This document shows positions 35,946-39,934 of a DNA stretch of 39,934 bases, in pieces (within the stretch, counting starts at the first letter, position 1; the number at the start of each line of letters is the position of its first letter). Origin of the DNA: Nitrospirota bacterium. Its GTDB lineage: Bacteria; Nitrospirota; JACRHJ01. The position numbers and the translations under genes are program-made. The notes under the pieces are model-generated. The model was not told the DNA's origin, searched no databases, and saw only the letters and a list, made by a program, of their open reading frames with translations. The DNA is taken from NCBI GenBank assembly GCA_021785055.1, contig JAJYGS010000024.1, positions 1-39,934 of the forward strand, in the 5' to 3' direction.

Positions 35946-37064
35946 TTAGAAAAACTCCATAATTACCCTGTTTGAGGCAAGGACTCCCCTCATTGTCAGG
36001 CATATCCCGTCAGGGCTGATTGCCATGTATCCGGCATCCGTCATTTTCATGGCCGCTGGGCCGTATTTACTCATGAAATCCGCCCCGAAACCGGCCCTGA
36101 AATCCTCGAAAGATAACCCCCGGCGCTTCCTCAGTCCCAGCATTATGAACTCCCGCTCGCGCTCCATGCCAGTCAATATCTCCGCCGCCGCGCATGGGTT
36201 TTCTCCATTTTCGAGCCGCCCGATATATTCGATGACGCCGGAAACGTTCCGGGCAGCCCTGGCCCCGGCCCGCGAGTGCGCGCCCGCGCCGAAACCGATG
36301 AAATCTCCCGCTGACCAGTAGTTCAGGTTATGGGCGCACTCATATCCTGGGCGCGCGAAGTTTGAAATCTCGTAGCGCCCATATCCCGCCTCTTCGAGGC
36401 GTTTTACAGCCGAAAGATACATCTCGACCTGCGCCTCCTCCGGCGGGAGGGTTATAAGCCCGGCCTTTTCCATTGCATAAAATTCCGTGCCCTCCTCTAT
36501 CGACAGGTCGTACATGGAGATATGTTCAGGAGAGAGCTTAATGGCTTCATCGATAGATTCTTCCCATTGCCGAAGACCCTGCCCCGGAAGGGAATAGATG
36601 AGGTCGAGGCCGATATTGGCTATCCCGGCTTCACGAAGCGTATTCACAGCCCGTGTTATCTCTCCGGGACCGTGAATCCTGCCGAGGGCCAGAAGCTCTT
36701 TCGGGTTGAACGACTGCGCTCCCAGGCTTATCCGTTTGACGCCAATGGCCTTGAGCGCCGGGAAATCGATTCTTTCCAGCGTCCCGGGATTTGCCTCAAT
36801 GGTTATTTCGGTCCCCGCCGCCGGATTAAAATACTCTTTGACACCATCAAGAACAATGCGCAGGCCTTCCGCCGGCAGGACGGTCGGAGTGCCGCCGCCG
36901 ATGTAGACGCTTGAGGGTTCGGCCATGCCGCGCATATCCATCTCTCTCAGTAGCGCGGATACGTATCTTTGGGCGAGTTCTTTATCGTACGGGATGGAAT
37001 TAAAGGAGCAGTAACGACACTTGCGGATACAGAAGGGAATGTGAAAATAAAGCCCGGCCTTCAT
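35946..37064 (-). CDS. hemW: Radical SAM heme chaperone HemW / HemN-like
   Basis: LYFHIPFCIRKCRYCSFNS (CxxxCxxC), about 372 aa as expected for HemW. Start trimmed to the ATG at 37064, which shares 1 nt with the GNAT stop (TGATG). Confidence 0.8.
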   Translation of the reverse strand: MKAGLYFHIPFCIRKCRYCSFNSIPYDKELAQRYVSALLREMDMRGMAEPSSVYIGGGTPTVLPAEGLRIVLDGVKEYFNPAAGTEITIEANPGTLERIDFPALKAIGVKRISLGAQSFNPKELLALGRIHGPGEITRAVNTLREAGIANIGLDLIYSLPGQGLRQWEESIDEAIKLSPEHISMYDLSIEEGTEFYAMEKAGLITLPPEEAQVEMYLSAVKRLEEAGYGRYEISNFARPGYECAHNLNYWSAGDFIGFGAGAHSRAGARAARNVSGVIEYIGRLENGENPCAAAEILTGMEREREFIMLGLRKRRGLSFEDFRAGFGADFMSKYGPAAMKMTDAGYMAISPDGICLTMRGVLASNRVIMEFF

Positions 37065-37522
37065 CAATCGAGTTGCAGGGTCATGGCGGTCTCGTTGCAT
37101 TTGTCGGGATACTTGACGCATTTGTTCCGGCACTCGGTCCAGACCTTTTGCGGAAGGTCGTTCCTGTTGGCTGTCTTAAAACCCATTTTCTCGAAAAATT
37201 CCTTTACGTAAGTCAGGACGAATACTTCTTCGACTCCCATCCGGGACGCCTCTTTGATGCAGGCATTCACAAGCTTCCTGCCTACGCCCTTCCCGATATG
37301 TTCCGGCGCAACAGCCACGGAGCGAAGTTCCCCCAGACCTTCCCAGCCGATATGCAGAGCGGCGACTCCTATTATCTCCCCGTTTTTTTCGTAGACGCTG
37401 AAATCGCGTATCGAATCGTAAAGCTCGCCCAGCGCCCTCGGGAGCATCTCGCCCTTCTCGGCATAGCGGTTCACGAGGTCTTTTATATCCTTTACGTCCA
37501 GTACCTTTGCCTTGCGTATCAT
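37064..37522 (-). CDS. GNAT N-acetyltransferase, short ArgA-like (COG1246-type)
   Basis: 152 aa. RSVAVAPEHIGKGVGRKLV acetyl-CoA motif and C-terminal Cys-rich CRNKCVKYPDKC tail, as in short amino-acid N-acetyltransferases. Confidence 0.75.
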   Translation of the reverse strand: MIRKAKVLDVKDIKDLVNRYAEKGEMLPRALGELYDSIRDFSVYEKNGEIIGVAALHIGWEGLGELRSVAVAPEHIGKGVGRKLVNACIKEASRMGVEEVFVLTYVKEFFEKMGFKTANRNDLPQKVWTECRNKCVKYPDKCNETAMTLQLD

Positions 37523-38058
37523 CAGCCGACCTGCGAGTAACCTTTTTCGAGCGCGGAGAGGTTAGCATCGAGGAGATGCCTGTTCCTGGAGGGGAGCGAT
37601 TCTTCGAGGGCCTTCGCTATCTGTCCGATGGATGCCGCTCCGGAGACCTTGAGGTATGCGCCGAGCATGACCATGTTCACCACGCGCGGGTTGCCTATCT
37701 CCCCGGCTATCTCGTTTGCGGGGACTTTATATATCCTCCTGCCCGGTTTTTTAATCTCTTCCTTGACAAGCGAGGAGTTCAATATTATATACCCGCCGCG
37801 CCCTACATTGCCTGAAAACCTGACCGCGGAGGCCTCGTTCATGGCGATAAGCGCGCCGGGGCTGTCCACCACCGGGGAGCCTATCTCTTCGTCCGATATT
37901 ATGACCGTGCAGTTGGCCGTGCCGCCGCGCATCTCCGCGCCGTAAGAGGGAAACCACGTGACGAACTTCCCGCCAAGCATGCCCGCCCATGCCAGGAGCT
38001 TCCCGGCCAGCAATACTCCCTGGCCGCCGAAACCCGCTATAATCACGTCGTTTTTCAC
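37522..38058 (-). CDS. 2-oxoacid:ferredoxin oxidoreductase, gamma subunit
   Basis: GTG start at 38058 overlaps the beta stop (GTGA). VIIAGFGGQGVLLAGKLL...SYGAEMRGG is the POR gamma signature. Confidence 0.85.
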   Translation of the reverse strand: MKNDVIIAGFGGQGVLLAGKLLAWAGMLGGKFVTWFPSYGAEMRGGTANCTVIISDEEIGSPVVDSPGALIAMNEASAVRFSGNVGRGGYIILNSSLVKEEIKKPGRRIYKVPANEIAGEIGNPRVVNMVMLGAYLKVSGAASIGQIAKALEESLPSRNRHLLDANLSALEKGYSQVG

Positions 38059-38804
38059 AGATGTTTCCCGCCGTCCTTGAAGATTTTTACAGGAAAGACC
38101 GCCTGCATCGGCCCGGCCACCCACTCCATAGCCTTAAGCGGCTCCATGCCCCAGTTCGTCGGACATAACGAAAGGACTTCGACGAAGGTAAAGCCCCTGC
38201 CCTGTATCTGATACTCGAATGCCTTTTTTATTGCGTTTTTTGTCCGAACGACGTTCTTCTTGCAGTCGAGCGCCGTCCGCTCCACGTAATAAGGGGCTTC
38301 GAGCGTCGCTATCAGTTCCGCCGCCTTCAACGGGTATCCGTCCTGCGCAGACTTTCTTCCGCCCGGAGTGGTGGTGGTCTTTTGCCCTATGAGCGTCGTT
38401 GGGGCCATCTGGCCGCCGGTCATCCCGTAGGTGGCGTTATTAACGAATATGACCGTAAAGTTCTCGCCTCTGTTCGCGGCGTGAATAATCTCGGCGGTTC
38501 CGATTGCAGCAAGGTCGCCGTCTCCCTGGTAGCTGAAAACCAGCCTGTCGGGAAGCGCCCGCTTTATGCCGGTGCATGCGGCGGGCGGGCGTCCGTGAGC
38601 GACTTCGAGCATATCGAAATTAAAATAATCGTATGCGAAGACCGCGCATCCAACAGGAGCGATGCCGATGGTCTTGCCGCGCATGTCCAGGTCGTCTATC
38701 GCCTGGGCTATCATCCTGTGCAGGGTGCCGTGGCTGCATCCCGGACAGAACCGAAACGGCACGCCGGCTTTCAGGGACTTCGGCCTTCCGGAAATCTGAT
38801 TCAA
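38055..38804 (-). CDS. 2-oxoacid:ferredoxin oxidoreductase, beta (TPP-binding) subunit
   Basis: 249 aa. FCPGCSHG, GDGDLAAIG, NN..YGMTGGQ TPP-binding motifs. TTG start with GAGG SD. Confidence 0.85.
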   Translation of the reverse strand: MNQISGRPKSLKAGVPFRFCPGCSHGTLHRMIAQAIDDLDMRGKTIGIAPVGCAVFAYDYFNFDMLEVAHGRPPAACTGIKRALPDRLVFSYQGDGDLAAIGTAEIIHAANRGENFTVIFVNNATYGMTGGQMAPTTLIGQKTTTTPGGRKSAQDGYPLKAAELIATLEAPYYVERTALDCKKNVVRTKNAIKKAFEYQIQGRGFTFVEVLSLCPTNWGMEPLKAMEWVAGPMQAVFPVKIFKDGGKHL

Positions 38805-38882
38805 ATAGTAACCTCAAGAAGATGGCCAGTGGAGATGCATTGGAAAAGCCCCGTAATTGCCATTGACCTGCTATAATTTTTC

Positions 38883-38911
38883 TTGACAAACCGTCAAACG
38901 CTCTGTTAATT
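38883..38911 (+). promoter_or_regulatory. Predicted promoter for tRNA-Phe (TTGACA-17-TTAATT)
   Basis: TTGACA 38883-38888, 17-nt spacer, TTAATT 38906-38911, 12 nt before the tRNA 5' end. Confidence 0.45.
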
Positions 38912-38923
38912 TATTGGCTTCGT

Positions 38924-38999
38924 GCCGAGGTAGCTCAGTTGGTAGAGCAGAGGCCTGAAAAGCCTCGTGTCCGCAGTTCGATTCTGCGCCTCGGCACCA
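38924..38999 (+). tRNA. tRNA-Phe (anticodon GAA), CCA encoded
   Basis: Manual cloverleaf. Acceptor GCCGAGG/CCTCGGC, D stem GCTC/GAGC, anticodon stem GAGGC/GCCTC with loop CTGAAAA, 5-nt variable loop, T stem CGCAG/CTGCG with loop TTCGATT, discriminator A, then CCA. Confidence 0.95.
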
Positions 39000-39008
39000 T
39001 CTTTCCGC

Positions 39009-39932
39009 CTATTTTTTTACCTCCGTATAAACCCCTTCGGAGGCCTCCTTCTCCGCCTTCATCTTCTCCCAGACTACATCCGCAATCCCGCAATATTCCT
39101 CGGAATACCTGTCCAGGTCCTTCGCAAGGTCGGTCAGTATCTTCTCCGCGCCCTCGTGCGTGGCCCTGGCGCCTGAGGCCAGCACGGCCTCCCGGATGAA
39201 TTCCGGTTTGTCTATCATCATGCAGGGCGTCAGCATGTTCTTGTTCGTCTTCTGCCGCTCGCGTATCGTCTTGAAGAAAGGCGACATCAGGGCGTCCTTT
39301 ATCTTCGTCTTCCTGATGTTGTCCACGGCGAAGTGGCAGAACACGCACGGCTCTATATCCCCGTGGGCGTTTATGTGCAGGTATTTCCTGCCTCCCGCGA
39401 GGCATCCGCCCACTACATGGCCGTCGTTCCAGAAGTCGGCAAGGAGTATCGGCTTCGTCTTGCGTATTCGCCAGACAGTCTCCCTGAGCGCGCTTCTCTG
39501 GCTCGGCGTGGGCATGAGCTCGATATTCGGCTCCCTGCCTATCGGTATATACGAGAAAAACCACCCTACCGTGCAGCCCTTCTCAATCATCAGGTCGTAA
39601 TACCTGTCCGAAGTGATGGTCTCGAAATTTTTCCGAGTGGCGGTGCAGGAAAATCCGAAGAGCACCCCCGCATCCTTCAAGAGGTCCATGGCGCGCATGA
39701 CCTTCTGAAAGTGGCCCTTGCCCCGCCTCAAATCCGTCTCTTCCTCGAACCCTTCCACGCTTATGCAGGGCAGGACGTTGCCGAGTTCCGCAACCTCCCT
39801 GACCTTTTTCTCGTCGAGAAGCCCGCCGTGCGTAAAGACCAGGAACGCGACGTCGTCGTGCTTCTCGAAAATCTTGAGCAGATCCTGCCGGAAGAACGGC
39901 TCTCCGCCGGAGACGACGCAGAAGAATACCCC
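39009..39932 (-). CDS. Radical SAM protein with C-terminal SPASM/twitch-like Cys cluster (5' end outside window)
   Basis: The frame stays open to the window edge (...GVFFCVVSGGEPFFRQDLLKIFEKH...). GGEPF motif, then GGCLAGGRKYLHINAHGDIEPCVFCHF resembling an auxiliary Fe-S motif. The CxxxCxxC region lies outside the window. Confidence 0.7.
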   Translation of the reverse strand, partial: GVFFCVVSGGEPFFRQDLLKIFEKHDDVAFLVFTHGGLLDEKKVREVAELGNVLPCISVEGFEEETDLRRGKGHFQKVMRAMDLLKDAGVLFGFSCTATRKNFETITSDRYYDLMIEKGCTVGWFFSYIPIGREPNIELMPTPSQRSALRETVWRIRKTKPILLADFWNDGHVVGGCLAGGRKYLHINAHGDIEPCVFCHFAVDNIRKTKIKDALMSPFFKTIRERQKTNKNMLTPCMMIDKPEFIREAVLASGARATHEGAEKILTDLAKDLDRYSEEYCGIADVVWEKMKAEKEASEGVYTEVKK

Positions 39933-39934
39933 CA

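Noticed and set aside
35869-36003. Long N-terminal extensions in ORF-track calls: bamA (to 36003), skp (to 33652), waaA (to 24456), hemW (to 37133), gspE (to 6738), gamma subunit (to 38124)
   Set aside because: Each extension overlaps the upstream gene or an intergenic repeat or promoter, and lacks an SD. An internal start with a good SD or a stop/start overlap yields the canonical N-terminus or signal peptide.
38870-38897. Divergent promoter for the beta-subunit gene (TTGACG-16-TATAGC, minus strand) overlapping the tRNA promoter
   Set aside because: The -10 lacks the conserved final T and the spacer is 16 nt, so support is too weak to list as a feature.
38924-38999. tRNA-Phe as a genomic-island integration site
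   Set aside because: No integrase, no direct repeat of the tRNA 3' end noticed elsewhere in the window, and the flanking genes look like ordinary metabolic genes.
1-39934. Search for CRISPR arrays, transposases/IS ends, integrases, toxin-antitoxin pairs and known defence genes
   Set aside because: No regularly spaced direct repeats, no recognisable nuclease, transposase or integrase motifs in any frame, and every sizeable ORF has a housekeeping assignment. The only repeats are the short palindromic families reported above.

Overview
This 39.9-kb window is almost entirely core housekeeping and cell-envelope genes from a GC-rich diderm (LPS-making) bacterium. It is probably an anaerobe, given a 2-oxoacid:ferredoxin oxidoreductase, radical-SAM enzymes and system II cytochrome c biogenesis. 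All calls rest on my own reading of the translations and sequence; no database search was run.

Gene content, left to right:
- + strand: prfB (3' end), an Ogg2-type glycosylase, lysS, lolC/E, an unknown secreted protein, lolD.
- - strand: an orphan GspE/PilB-like ATPase, then a psiE-like/DUF360/cbiM/cbiQ/cbiO operon.
- + strand: queD-pmbA.
- - strand, a ~28-kb co-directional array: resB/ccsA, copA, ytxH/DUF948/usp, rodZ, pfkB kinase, mtnP, NUDIX, hfq, miaA, and a large outer-membrane/lipid A cluster. That cluster runs bamA-skp-lpxD-fabZ-lpxA-lpxI-gnnA-gnnB-lpxB-msbA-DUF374-waaA. It is followed by hemW, a GNAT, and 2-oxoacid:Fd oxidoreductase beta/gamma.
- tRNA-Phe(GAA) on the + strand and a partial radical-SAM gene on the - strand close the window.

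I saw no CRISPR array, transposase, integrase, prophage or recognisable defence system, and I do not see a clear novel multi-gene system.

The points most worth follow-up:
1. The only large non-coding region (20637-21288). It is packed with two repeat families, a near-consensus orphan + strand promoter, nested stems and a G4 motif, next to hfq.
2. A dispersed ~30-nt GTCATTCCGAG...GGAATC repeat family, found only in intergenic DNA.
3. A DUF374 lipid A-cluster gene split by a frameshift exactly at an A9 run.
4. An unknown secreted protein translationally embedded in the lolC-lolD operon.
5. A CcsA whose WWD-motif Asp is replaced by Lys.
6. A CbiMQO transporter without CbiN, coupled instead to a DUF360 membrane protein.
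7. gnnA/gnnB inside the lpx cluster, which predicts a GlcN3N-type lipid A.

Gene junctions are dominated by 1-nt (TGATG/TAATG) and 4-nt (ATGA/GTGA) overlaps, and TTG/GTG starts are frequent. I used both to trim several over-long ORF-track calls.
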